A DNA stretch of 64,000 bases from Candidatus Marinacidobacterium sp. (GTDB lineage: Bacteria > Acidobacteriota > Vicinamibacteria > Marinacidobacterales > Marinacidobacteraceae), in contig OZ242011.1 of NCBI GenBank assembly GCA_965204755.1, forward strand, positions 2,656,001 to 2,720,000, given 5' to 3'. Positions 48,540 through 57,894 of the stretch are shown piece after piece. The notes beneath the pieces are model-generated. The model was not told where the DNA came from and searched no databases. It saw only the letters and a list, made by a program, of their open reading frames with translations. Positions within the stretch are counted from its first letter, which is position 1. Every line of letters begins with the position of its first letter. A program made the position numbers and the translations under genes.

Positions 48540-49691
48540 ATGACGATCCCGAGCGGCGTGGCGGTGGACTCCGGACCGTTCCGACCCGGCCCCGGCGGAC
48601 TTCCGCCATATCTCGCGGGACGCGAGGAGGAGCAGGCCCTGTTCCGGCTGCGACTCGACGAACTCCGGCGTGGCATCCCGCCCCAGGCGGAGGTCGTGCT
48701 CTACGGGCCGCGCGGCAACGGCAAGACAGCGTTGCTGTTCTGGCTGGAGGAGTTGGCGAAAGAGCGCCGTGGCGTCGATGTGATCGGATTGGCGCCGTCT
48801 TTCTTCGACGGCCCGACGGAATTGGCCCGCATGATCCAGCCTCGCTCGCGCTGGCGAGTCCTCGTTCCGAAGAAAGTCGCTTCCAGGCGGTTCACTTGGA
48901 GCCCCGACGCGCCGACGTCTCCGTCGTTGGTGGAGGTCTTGACGAAGCGGGTGTCCAAGAACCCGCTGATCCTCCTGTTCGACGAGGCGCACCGGCTGGA
49001 TGCGGACACCTGTCGGCTCCTTCTGGATGCGAGCCAGAAAGTAGGTCGGCGTTCGCCGTTCCTGCTGGTGCTCGCCGGGACGCCGGATCTCGAGGCTCGC
49101 CTCAGCGCCTCGGGCGCCTCGTTCTGGAATCGCGCCGACAGGCGGCGCATCGGCCGGCTCTCCGAGGCCGCAACGACCGCCGCGTTTTCCGAGCCGTTCG
49201 AGGCCGAGGGCGTCGCCGTGACGCCGGACGCGCTCGCGAACCTCGTCCGCGAGAGCCACGGCTACCCCTTCTTCATCCAGTTGCTCGGCGGTCAGGTGTG
49301 GGGGCGGTTGGCGACCCGGCCGGAGGAGACTCGCCAACGCGTTACCACGCGCGAAGTCGAAGCAGCCCTCCCGGGTTTCCGCGAGCGCCAACGCCTCTAC
49401 TACCTCGACCGCTACCGGGAGTTGGGGCGGCGGGGAGTCATGGCCCCGGCGCAGACGGTGGCCGCCCGATTCGCGGAGGGACGCGCCGAGTTGACCGACG
49501 GGGAGTTGCGCGAGGCGATCGCGCGGGGACTCGGCAAGAGTCCGGAGTCCCGCAAAGCCGCCGCCGCCGAGCGCGAACTGGCGGACCTCGGCTTCGTGTG
49601 GACTCCCGGCGCGGAACCCGCTTGGGAGCCGGGGATTCCGAGTCTCATGGACTATGTGATCGAGCACGCTCCGGTCGGCGGCGGCTCGTAG
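48540..49691 (+). CDS. AAA ATPase paralog 5
   Basis: PFRPGPGGLPPYLAGRE, YGPRGNGKT, LLFDEAH, GYPFFIQ, WEPGIPSLMDY; most similar to paralog 1. Confidence 0.87.
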   Translation: MTIPSGVAVDSGPFRPGPGGLPPYLAGREEEQALFRLRLDELRRGIPPQAEVVLYGPRGNGKTALLFWLEELAKERRGVDVIGLAPSFFDGPTELARMIQPRSRWRVLVPKKVASRRFTWSPDAPTSPSLVEVLTKRVSKNPLILLFDEAHRLDADTCRLLLDASQKVGRRSPFLLVLAGTPDLEARLSASGASFWNRADRRRIGRLSEAATTAAFSEPFEAEGVAVTPDALANLVRESHGYPFFIQLLGGQVWGRLATRPEETRQRVTTREVEAALPGFRERQRLYYLDRYRELGRRGVMAPAQTVAARFAEGRAELTDGELREAIARGLGKSPESRKAAAAERELADLGFVWTPGAEPAWEPGIPSLMDYVIEHAPVGGGS

Positions 49692-49766
49692 CCGGAAGTC
49701 CGGGCCGATCGAACTCGTCTCGGGCTACCGTAACCCTTCCGGAAATCATCCGAAGTGGAGTCCCCC

Positions 49767-50024
49767 ATGTCCCATCCGCATCCCGTTCGGCGGTCCTCCG
49801 CCTTCCTGCTCGGCGTCCTGCTGGCTGCGTCCCTGGCCGCCGTCTCGTTCTCCGGCTGCGAGTACCTCGCGCCCGATGTCTCCAAGGCGCTCACCGAGGA
49901 ACGCCAGCGCGAGATCATGGAGCGCGACCTCGAGATCGCGGAGGAGCGCCTCGAGTTGGAACGCCGCATCGCGGATTCCCTCGACCGCATCGCCGCCGCC
50001 CTCGAACGAACCGCCGACCGCTGA
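49767..50024 (+). CDS. Small lipoprotein with coiled-coil
   Basis: Hydrophobic signal ending FSGC, followed by a charged helical segment. Confidence 0.6.
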   Translation: MSHPHPVRRSSAFLLGVLLAASLAAVSFSGCEYLAPDVSKALTEERQREIMERDLEIAEERLELERRIADSLDRIAAALERTADR

Positions 50025-50100
50025 CGGGCAGCCCGCGCCGCCCACCGCCTCGGCGGGCGGCGTCGGGCCGCGTCCGCCGCGCCGGTGCTGTAATTCCGGC

Positions 50101-51396
50101 GTGTTGTCCGTGTTTTCGCCCGCGCTCCCGGCGGTCGCGCTCCTCGCCGCCGCGCCGGCGCAGGCGGCGTCCCTTCCCGCGCCGGAACTCGCGGCGATGG
50201 AGCCGCAGGTCGCGGCGCTGCTCGAGGACGCCCGCGCCACGGCCGCCGCCGCGCCGGAAGACGCCGCCGCTTGGCTGGCCTACGGCGAAGTCCTCCACGC
50301 CCACGAGTTGGCCGCCGAGGCCGCCGCCTGTTACCGGGAAGCGGCCCGCCTCGCCGACCCGTCCGGCCTGACCGCGCTGGCCGCCCGCTACCTCCTGGCG
50401 CACGCCGTCCGGGGGAGCGGCCCGGCGGAGTCGGCGGCGGCGCTCGAGGCGGCTCTCGCCGACCACCCCGGCTACCTCCCGGCGCGGGTGCTGCTCGGCG
50501 AGGTCCGGGACGACCTCGGCGACCGCCCCGCCGCGCTCGAAGCCTTCCGACAGGCGGCCGCCGCCGACCCCGGGGCGCCGCTCGCGGCCTTCCGGCTCGG
50601 CTCGGCGCTGCTCGCCGAAGGCCGGGTCGGGGAGGCGATCCCGCTGCTTCGCTCCGCGACCGCCGGGGCGCCCGAGGCGGGCGCCGCCCACACCGCCCTC
50701 GCCCGCGCCCACTACGCCGCCGGCGAACGGGCCCTGGCGGAGGCCGCCGCCGACCGCGCCGCCGCCGCGCCCGCCCGGCTGCCGTCCATCGAGGACCCCA
50801 TCCACCACCGGATGACCGGGCGCGACCGCTCTTCGCCGAGGTTGCTCGATCTCGCCGGGGCGGCGCGCGCCGAGGGTCGGTGGGCCGAGGCCGAGAGCCG
50901 GTATCGGGACTTGGCCGCGCTCCGGCCGCGGGACGCCCTGGTCCTCGCCGAGTTCGGCGCGGCGCTCGCCGGGCGCGGGAAGGACGACGAGGCGGAGCGC
51001 CGATACCTGGACGCCCTGGCGCTCGACCCGGGGCAGGCGCTCGCGCGGTTCGGCCTGGGGGTGCTCCGGGCGCGGGCCGGGGACTACCCCGGCGCCGAGT
51101 TCCAGTTCCGCGCCTCGCTCCGCGCCCGTCCGGACCACCCCGCCGCGCTCGCCGGGCTGGGGGAGACGCTGCTGCGGCAGCGCCGCTACGCCGAGGCGCT
51201 CGACGCGCTGCGGCGCGCGGCGGAGTTCGATCCGGAGAGCGGCGGCGTCCGGTTGCTGGAAGCCGCCGCCCTCGCCGAGTTGGGACGATTCGAAGAGGCG
51301 TGGGCCGCGGTCCGCGCCGCGGCCGCGCGGGAGGTGGAAGCCTCCGAGGAGTTCCTCGCCGCCCTCCGGGCCAAGCACCCGGAACCCGGTGGCTGA
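50101..51396 (+). CDS. Tetratricopeptide repeat protein, secreted
   Basis: Repeated TPR-like helices (AWLAYGEVL, ARFGLGVL, ALAGLGETL). Start uncertain. Confidence 0.8.
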   Translation: MLSVFSPALPAVALLAAAPAQAASLPAPELAAMEPQVAALLEDARATAAAAPEDAAAWLAYGEVLHAHELAAEAAACYREAARLADPSGLTALAARYLLAHAVRGSGPAESAAALEAALADHPGYLPARVLLGEVRDDLGDRPAALEAFRQAAAADPGAPLAAFRLGSALLAEGRVGEAIPLLRSATAGAPEAGAAHTALARAHYAAGERALAEAAADRAAAAPARLPSIEDPIHHRMTGRDRSSPRLLDLAGAARAEGRWAEAESRYRDLAALRPRDALVLAEFGAALAGRGKDDEAERRYLDALALDPGQALARFGLGVLRARAGDYPGAEFQFRASLRARPDHPAALAGLGETLLRQRRYAEALDALRRAAEFDPESGGVRLLEAAALAELGRFEEAWAAVRAAAAREVEASEEFLAALRAKHPEPGG

Positions 51397-53197
51397 CGGC
51401 GGAGCGTCCGAGCGGGGACGGGCTCCGGGGCCGCCGCGGCTGCGGGTCGTTCGCGGGCGGTTCCGCCCGACGGTCCCCGCCGCCGGACTCGCCGCCGGAT
51501 TCGTCGCCGGCCTCTCCGCCGCCTTGCCTCCGGGCCCGGGCGCCGCGGGCCGGCAGCCTCCCGAAATCCGTTTCGTCGAGACCACCGTCGACTCCGGCGT
51601 CTCCTTCCGCCACGACCCCGGCGACCTCGCCGCGTATCCGCTCCCGGTGATCACCGGCGCCGGGGGGGCGGCGCTCTTCGACGCCGACGGTGACGGCGAC
51701 CTCGACCTCTACCTGATCCAGTCCGGCCCGCTCCCGGAGACCCGGGCGGACGCCGCCGCTCCGGAGTTGCCGGGAAACCGGCTGTTCCTCCGGCAACCGG
51801 ACGGCTCGTTCCGCGACGCCACCGAGTCGAGCGGCCTCGGCGATACCGGCTACGGCAACGGGGTCGCCGTCGGGGACGCCGACGGCGACGGCGACCCCGA
51901 TGTCTTCCTCGCCAACTACGGCGCGGATCGCCTGTATCGCAACGAAGGCGGGGGGCGGTTCACGCTCGCGGAGGATGCGTTCCCTCCCGCCGCTTCCGAC
52001 CCGGAGGAAGCGCCCGGCGGGCGATGGTCCACCGCCGCCGCGTTCTGCGACATGGACGGCGACACCGATCTCGACCTGTATGTGGGGGGTTACCTGACGG
52101 GCGACGCCACCCGCGAATGCGTCTCCGCGTCGGGCGAACGCGACTTCTGCTCGCCGCAGAGTTTCGACTACGAACGCGACACCCTCTGGCGCAATGTCGG
52201 CGGCGGGAAGTTCGAGGATGCCTCCGAACCGCTGGGTATCGCCGGGGCGCGGCTCCCGGCGCTCGGCATCCTCTGCCACGACTTCACCGGCGACGGGCGG
52301 CTCGACTTCTATGTGGCGAACGACGGCGAGGAGAACCTCCTGTGGGAGCAGCGGGAAGACGGCGCCTTCCGCGACGCCGCGCTGTTCCTGGGCGTCGCGC
52401 TGAACGGGCAGGGGCGGGCCGAGGCGAGCATGGGCGTCGCGCTCGGCGACGCCGACGGCGACGGCGACCTCGACCTGTTCATGACCCATGTGCGCGCGCA
52501 GTCGAACACCTTCTACCGGAGTCTGGGGGACGGCGCCTTCCGCGACGACACGCCGGCGGCGGGTTTGGGAGTGCCCAGCCTGCGCCTGACCGGTTTCGGA
52601 ACGCAGTTCGCCGACTTCGACCTCGACGGCGACCTCGACCTGGCGCTGGTGAACGGCGCGGTGGCGCGGGAAGGGGGCGTGGCCGCGTCCGGCGAACTCA
52701 CCGAGTACGCCGAGCCCGCGCAGGTCTTCGCCGGCGACGGGGCCGGCGTCTTCACGGAAGTCGAGGCCGGTGACTTCACGGCGCTCGACGCCGTGGGGCG
52801 GGGTCTCGCCGCCGGCGACTGGGATCGGGACGGCGACCTCGACCTGGTGGTCACCGAGGTCGGCGGCCCGGCGCGGCTCTACGAGAACCGTTCGGTTCGG
52901 GGCGGGGGTTTCCTGGTCGTCCGCCCGGAGGAGTTCTCCCGTTCCGCTCCGGGGGCGGTGGTTACCTTGGAGTTCGCCGGCGGCGGTTCGCTCGTGCGCC
53001 CGGTCCAGCCGGAGGCCGGTTTCCTGACCAGCAGCGAACCGGTTGCCCACTTCGGCCTGCCGACGGGGGCCGAGATCGCGGGTCTGCGCGTCCGCTGGCC
53101 GGACGGCGCAGCGGAGCGCTTTCCCGCGCCGGAGCGCGATTCCTACGCGACCGTCGTCCGCGGCCGCGGTCGGTCGGTCGGCGCTCCGGGTCGGTGA
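51389..53197 (+). CDS. CRTAC1-family protein (FG-GAP/VCBS repeats + ASPIC/UnbV)
   Basis: Repeated DADGDGDLDL motifs, GRGLAAGDWDRDGDLD, C-terminal HFGL...VRWPDG. Confidence 0.88.
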   Translation: MADGGASERGRAPGPPRLRVVRGRFRPTVPAAGLAAGFVAGLSAALPPGPGAAGRQPPEIRFVETTVDSGVSFRHDPGDLAAYPLPVITGAGGAALFDADGDGDLDLYLIQSGPLPETRADAAAPELPGNRLFLRQPDGSFRDATESSGLGDTGYGNGVAVGDADGDGDPDVFLANYGADRLYRNEGGGRFTLAEDAFPPAASDPEEAPGGRWSTAAAFCDMDGDTDLDLYVGGYLTGDATRECVSASGERDFCSPQSFDYERDTLWRNVGGGKFEDASEPLGIAGARLPALGILCHDFTGDGRLDFYVANDGEENLLWEQREDGAFRDAALFLGVALNGQGRAEASMGVALGDADGDGDLDLFMTHVRAQSNTFYRSLGDGAFRDDTPAAGLGVPSLRLTGFGTQFADFDLDGDLDLALVNGAVAREGGVAASGELTEYAEPAQVFAGDGAGVFTEVEAGDFTALDAVGRGLAAGDWDRDGDLDLVVTEVGGPARLYENRSVRGGGFLVVRPEEFSRSAPGAVVTLEFAGGGSLVRPVQPEAGFLTSSEPVAHFGLPTGAEIAGLRVRWPDGAAERFPAPERDSYATVVRGRGRSVGAPGR

Positions 53198-53246
53198 CGA
53201 CCGGCGGGCCGGTCTCTCGGCCGGCCCGTCCCGGTGAGGCCGCGGC

Positions 53247-53819
53247 CTAAAGTCCTCGGCCGGACGCGTACTCGACCAGCAGGTCCTCCAGGTTCTCCAA
53301 GGCGTCGGCGACGCGCCGCGCCTGTCCGGCGAGCGCTACCCGGGACAGGGTTTCGATGACGCGCTGCTCCGCAGGGTCGGCGTGCTCGAGAAGCGCCGCG
53401 ACCGCATACAGGGCATCGTCAGGCTCGGCGTCCTCCGCGGGTTCCGCGAAGGCCCGCGCCAACTCGCGGAGCCGTTCCCGCGGGATCCCGCGGCTCGCGG
53501 GGCCGCCGGGGTCCTCCCCCGGCGCATCGGTCCGCCGGTGGCGGGGCTCGGTATCGGAGGCGGCCGATCGCGCGGCGGCCGATCGGGTGAACACCACGGT
53601 TTCCGCGGCGAGATCCACCCGCGCGGTCTTCCAGCCGACCGTCATCCATGCCGCGGATTGGCCGTCGGCGCCGCTGTTCCCCCACCAAGCGCGATGCTCC
53701 CTCGCGGAGCGCGGCAGCGCCTCTCCCATGACGGCCTCCACTTCCGCGAAGGTCGCCTCCCAAGGGCTCGTCGGGAGCGAGGCCAGGTGTTTGGCGAGGC
53801 GTTGGTACTTGTTGATCAC
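53247..53819 (-). CDS. Hypothetical protein with DUF7662-like N-terminal domain
   Basis: KYQRLAKHL...TFAEVEAVMG..LPRSA...AWWGN...AAW...GW...VDL....VVF pattern. Confidence 0.6.
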   Translation of the reverse strand: MINKYQRLAKHLASLPTSPWEATFAEVEAVMGEALPRSAREHRAWWGNSGADGQSAAWMTVGWKTARVDLAAETVVFTRSAAARSAASDTEPRHRRTDAPGEDPGGPASRGIPRERLRELARAFAEPAEDAEPDDALYAVAALLEHADPAEQRVIETLSRVALAGQARRVADALENLEDLLVEYASGRGL

Positions 53820-53824
53820 GAGCC

Positions 53825-54334
53825 TTACCGCCCGGCGCGGCGGAGGGCGTCGAGCAGGCGCGTGTTCTCGTCGTCTTCCAGGAAGGTCTCGAACTCCAGG
53901 AAGTAACCCTCCGGGTCGTAGGCGACGAAGTTGCGCGTGGGGTGGTTCGCCGAGTCGCGCACCGGCCCGCGCATGGGGACGCCCCGGCTCACCAGGTACT
54001 CGTACCACTCGTCCACTTCGTCCGTGATGAACGAGAGGGTCACCGCCTTCGCTTCCGATGCGCGGTGCATTCCCCGCTCCTCGTCCACCAGGCCGACGAA
54101 GGAGGTGGGCGAGATCTGGTAGATGTGGGTGAAGGCCTGTTCGACGACCAGTTCCAGGCCGAGGACTTCGCCGTAGAAGTCTTGGGCGCGTTCCGGATCC
54201 TCGTAGTAGAGGAAGACGAGCGTCGCGTCCACTCCGAGCGACGCCGGGCGCTGCGGCGGCGCCGGCGGTTCGGCGGCGCGGGCGCCGGAAGCGGCGAGCG
54301 AGAACGCGAAACCGAGAAGGGCGAGGTTCTTCAT
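53825..54334 (-). CDS. VOC/glyoxalase family protein with signal peptide
   Basis: MKNLALLGFAFSLAAS signal; AQDFYGEVLGLELV...FVAYDPEGYFLEF. Confidence 0.82.
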   Translation of the reverse strand: MKNLALLGFAFSLAASGARAAEPPAPPQRPASLGVDATLVFLYYEDPERAQDFYGEVLGLELVVEQAFTHIYQISPTSFVGLVDEERGMHRASEAKAVTLSFITDEVDEWYEYLVSRGVPMRGPVRDSANHPTRNFVAYDPEGYFLEFETFLEDDENTRLLDALRRAGR

Positions 54335-54420
54335 CGTAAGTCTCCGAAGGAATTGGGAGGGCCGGGGCAGGGAACCGCCCGGCAACGGGATGGTCAGCGG
54401 GGGCGACGAGATACTCCGTC

Positions 54421-56235
54421 TCATCGCTCCCCGACGGTGAGCGAGCGCTCGTGGCGGCCGGCGCGGCGGGCGTGGGCGGACACGGTGACTTCCATCGGCC
54501 CGCGGCCGCGAATCGTCCATTCCACGGTCTTCCGGGATTCGTCGGCGCCCGAGCCCCAGCGGCGGATGTAGGCCATCGGGCCGAGGATGTGCCCGGCGTC
54601 CTGCGTGCTTTCGCCGCCCACCACTTCGCCGCCGTCCACCCGGATCGCCGCCAGGATCGGGTAGTCCAGCCGGATCTCGAGCGCCTTCCGCGTCACATAG
54701 GTCGAGAGGAACCCGTGGTTCCGCAGGACGGCGGTCACCCGGTGTTCGTCCCCGGACAGCGGTTCCGCCCGCAACTCCTCGACGCGCAGCAGCGGCGACC
54801 ACCCGGCGATGTACATCAGGTAGCGGTAGTGGAGTTCGCATTCCAGCCGCAGCCGCTCGTCCACGCCCTGCGGCAGCCCCCGGTAACCGCCGATCTCCAC
54901 CGTCCCCAGTTCCGGGTGCTCGAACGGCGTCCACGGAGCGAAGTACCGCCCGTCCTTCTCCTCGTCGTTCCACCGCAGGATCTCGTACTGGTCCACATAT
55001 CCGTTGCGGTCGTAGTCACGCCCGGCGCCGGAGATCTCCGGGAGGAGGCTGTGGATGCCCACCTGCATGTAGGCCCAGTCGTTCGAGAATCCGTGCATCG
55101 TCTCCCCGTACCGCCCGGCCTTCACTTCCTGGGCGTAGTAGTTGTTGTTCATCACGCCGCCCCCGCTGAGCGCCGACCAGATGCCCCCGATCCGGGTATA
55201 GAAGTCGTTGTCCTCGGGCGGCATGTACTCGAACGGATGGCTCATCGGCGGACGCACGATGTAGTTCTTCGCGCCGCCGCCGGAGTGGATCGTGTAGGTG
55301 AAGAAGATGTTCGGGCGCCCGGTGATGAATTCGGCGACGGCCCGCACCTCCGGCAGCGAGAACGGGTACGGGCCGGCGCCCGGTTCGTTCCGCTGCCACT
55401 CCGCCGACCAGTTCCGGTTGAAGTTCGGCGGCTCGCGTTCGTCGGTCACCGGCCGGGACAGCGGCGCGCCTTCGGTATGGATCCGGTAACGGCCCTCCGG
55501 CGGCGCCAGCGGCTCGAAGGACTCCGGCTCGTCGCGCGTGGTGGGAACGAAGTTCCACCGGCCGCCGGTCCGGTCCCGCACCCGCAGCATCAACCGGGGA
55601 TCGCGCGGACTCGGGTAGAAGTCCCCGTCCGGGTCGGGGATCCGCATCTGCGTCAAGTACCCGTCGCCGTCGAGGTCCCGACCGTCGTGCTGCTCCGGAC
55701 GGTGTCCCGGCCACGCGGGATGCCGGGTCAGCGCCGCTTCGCCGCCGTCCACATCGAACACCGGCATCACATAGAAGACGCGGGTGTCCAGCATCTCCGT
55801 GGCGATCGGGTCGCTTCCATGCGAGGCGACCGCTGCTTCGACGAAGTACAGCAGCATCTGCCGCCCGGTGACTTCGCGGGCGTGGATGTTCCCGTCGAGC
55901 CAGAGGCCGGGTTTCTCTTCGCCGGGGCCGGTGTCGCGATTCGTGAGTTCGAGCACCCGCAGCGGCCGTCCGCTGCCGCTCGCCCCGATCACCTGGAGCC
56001 GCGCGAGGTTCGGATGGCGCCGCGCGAGCGCTTCCATGCGCTCGGACACTTCGTCGTAGAGCGGGTACGGCCACCGGCCGAAGTCGAAATCGAGCCCCTC
56101 CGGGATTCGGGCCATTCCCGGCCCGGTCTGCGCGGGCGCCGGCAGAGCGCCGGCGAAGAGACCGAGCGCGGCGAACGCCCACGCTCCCTTCGGACGGGGT
56201 CGCCGGCGTCGTCGCGGCATGGTTTCCTTCGTCAT
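54421..56235 (-). CDS. M14 zinc carboxypeptidase, secreted
   Basis: DGNIHARE, NFNRNW, YPFSLPE, TIHSGG. Confidence 0.88.
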   Translation of the reverse strand: MTKETMPRRRRRPRPKGAWAFAALGLFAGALPAPAQTGPGMARIPEGLDFDFGRWPYPLYDEVSERMEALARRHPNLARLQVIGASGSGRPLRVLELTNRDTGPGEEKPGLWLDGNIHAREVTGRQMLLYFVEAAVASHGSDPIATEMLDTRVFYVMPVFDVDGGEAALTRHPAWPGHRPEQHDGRDLDGDGYLTQMRIPDPDGDFYPSPRDPRLMLRVRDRTGGRWNFVPTTRDEPESFEPLAPPEGRYRIHTEGAPLSRPVTDEREPPNFNRNWSAEWQRNEPGAGPYPFSLPEVRAVAEFITGRPNIFFTYTIHSGGGAKNYIVRPPMSHPFEYMPPEDNDFYTRIGGIWSALSGGGVMNNNYYAQEVKAGRYGETMHGFSNDWAYMQVGIHSLLPEISGAGRDYDRNGYVDQYEILRWNDEEKDGRYFAPWTPFEHPELGTVEIGGYRGLPQGVDERLRLECELHYRYLMYIAGWSPLLRVEELRAEPLSGDEHRVTAVLRNHGFLSTYVTRKALEIRLDYPILAAIRVDGGEVVGGESTQDAGHILGPMAYIRRWGSGADESRKTVEWTIRGRGPMEVTVSAHARRAGRHERSLTVGER

Positions 56236-56240
56236 GTGCT

Positions 56241-57380
56241 TCACCGTATCGGCGTGGAGAGCGCGCCGATTCCCTCGATCTCGATATGGACGGTTTGCCC
56301 CGCCTCCAGGAACTCCGGCGGGTTGCGGGCCGAACCCACGCCGTCCGGCGTCCCGGTGGCGATCACATCCCCCGGCTGGAGCGTCATGATGGAACTCGCG
56401 TAGGAAACGAGATGCGCCACCGTCCAGATCATGTCCGCGGTCGTCCCGTCCTGCACCACCCGGTCGTCCACCCGGGTGACCAGCGAAAGCGACTGCGGGT
56501 CGGGCAGGAACTCCGTCGGCGTGATGAACGGCCCCATCGGCGCCGCCCGGTCGCCGCTCTTCCCGGAGAACCAGTCCGGCCCGGGGAACATCGGGTCTTC
56601 GCGGAACCGTCCGCCCCGGTCGCTCACATCGAAGACGACGGTGTACCCGAACACCCGGTCGAGCGCTTCGTCGGTCGAGACGCGGAGCGTCGGTTCGCCG
56701 ATCACCACGCCGAGTTCGCCTTCCCAATCGATGCGGTCGCGCCCCGGCGGTATCCGGTATTCCTCGCCGGTTCCGATGATTCCCGAACGCGCCGACTTGG
56801 CGAAGAGGTACGGCGCGTCCCGGCCGGGGACGATGTTCCGCGCCACATCCATCTCGGCGGCGTGCATCCGGTAGTTCGCGGCGGCGGCCAGCAGGTTGGC
56901 CGGGTAGAGCAGCGGCGCGGTGAGCCGGTGCGGCTCGACGCGGAACCGCAGCCCGCCCACGCGCCCGGCGAAGTGGTTGGCGATCCCGTGGAGCCGCGCC
57001 TTGGCGTCCGGGCCGGCGGCGATGACTTCCAGCAGGTCCTCCGCGAGCAGCGCGTCGCCGCCCCCGGTCTCGCTCAGGAAGAGCGCTTCGGCGGCCATGA
57101 GGTCGAGGATCTCCCCTTCGATCACGATGGCCGCCCGCGGGTCGCCGTCCCCGGAGTCGGAAGAGCGGTAGGTGGCCACCTTCCACGGCGTCTCCGGCGC
57201 CGTCGATACGCTTGCGGCGGGCGTGTTCCCGCCCGCCCCGCAGCCGCCGGCGGCGGCGACGCCGGCCGCGGCGAGGCCGAGCGCGGCCGCCGCCGCGGCC
57301 GCCGGGTAAGGGAAGCCGGACCGAAGTTCCCTGCGGCGCGCCCGGCTCTCGCGCCGCGTCCTCGACGAGCACACGAACAT
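56241..57380 (-). CDS. Fumarylacetoacetate hydrolase family protein with lipoprotein-like signal
   Basis: AAANYRMH, IDWEGE, DVSDRG, GDVIATGTPDGVG; N-terminal Ala-rich segment ending AGGC. Confidence 0.88.
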   Translation of the reverse strand: MFVCSSRTRRESRARRRELRSGFPYPAAAAAAALGLAAAGVAAAGGCGAGGNTPAASVSTAPETPWKVATYRSSDSGDGDPRAAIVIEGEILDLMAAEALFLSETGGGDALLAEDLLEVIAAGPDAKARLHGIANHFAGRVGGLRFRVEPHRLTAPLLYPANLLAAAANYRMHAAEMDVARNIVPGRDAPYLFAKSARSGIIGTGEEYRIPPGRDRIDWEGELGVVIGEPTLRVSTDEALDRVFGYTVVFDVSDRGGRFREDPMFPGPDWFSGKSGDRAAPMGPFITPTEFLPDPQSLSLVTRVDDRVVQDGTTADMIWTVAHLVSYASSIMTLQPGDVIATGTPDGVGSARNPPEFLEAGQTVHIEIEGIGALSTPIR

Positions 57381-57484
57381 GCGCCTTAGCCTACCCGACC
57401 GCCGACGCCCCGCCCGCGTTCCCGCCGACCCGGCCCCGCCGCCGGGGATTCCGTAGGAAAATCCACCCCCCGGAGGAATCCACC

Positions 57485-57859
57485 ATGCTGCTTCGCCTCG
57501 TCCTCGTCCTGTCCGTCGGGCTCCTGCTCGGCTTCGCGCTCGGCTCCCGCGCCGCCCCCGGCCAGGAGCAGCGCACCCGCCGCGTCCCCCAGTTCGAGAA
57601 CGAACACCTGCGCGTCTGGAAGACGATCATCCACCCGAACCAGCCGCTCGCCATGCACCGCCACGAGAACGGCCGCGCCATCGTGGCGCTCAAGGGCGGC
57701 ACGCTCCATGTCGTGACGGAGGCCGGCGACGAAAAGGCCATGACCTGGGAGTCCGGCCGCGCCTACTGGCTGGATGCCGACCCGCCGGGCGAACTCCACG
57801 GCGATGTCAACCGCGGCGCCGACCCCATCGAAGTCATCGTCCTCGAACTGAACCGCTGA
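57485..57859 (+). CDS. Secreted cupin-like protein
   Basis: Signal peptide; FENEHLRVW, MHRH, HGDVN...IEVIVLEL. Confidence 0.75.
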   Translation: MLLRLVLVLSVGLLLGFALGSRAAPGQEQRTRRVPQFENEHLRVWKTIIHPNQPLAMHRHENGRAIVALKGGTLHVVTEAGDEKAMTWESGRAYWLDADPPGELHGDVNRGADPIEVIVLELNR

Positions 57860-57894
57860 CCCGCCCGAACCGCAGTCAGCCCCGAACGCCACCG

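Noticed and set aside
339-53050. Many very long alternative-frame ORFs (e.g. 1519-3480, 4574-6478 part, 44604-48491, 45455-50371, 49652-53050)
   Set aside because: Arg/Pro/Gly-rich or antisense shadows of genes with clear motifs; expected at this GC content.
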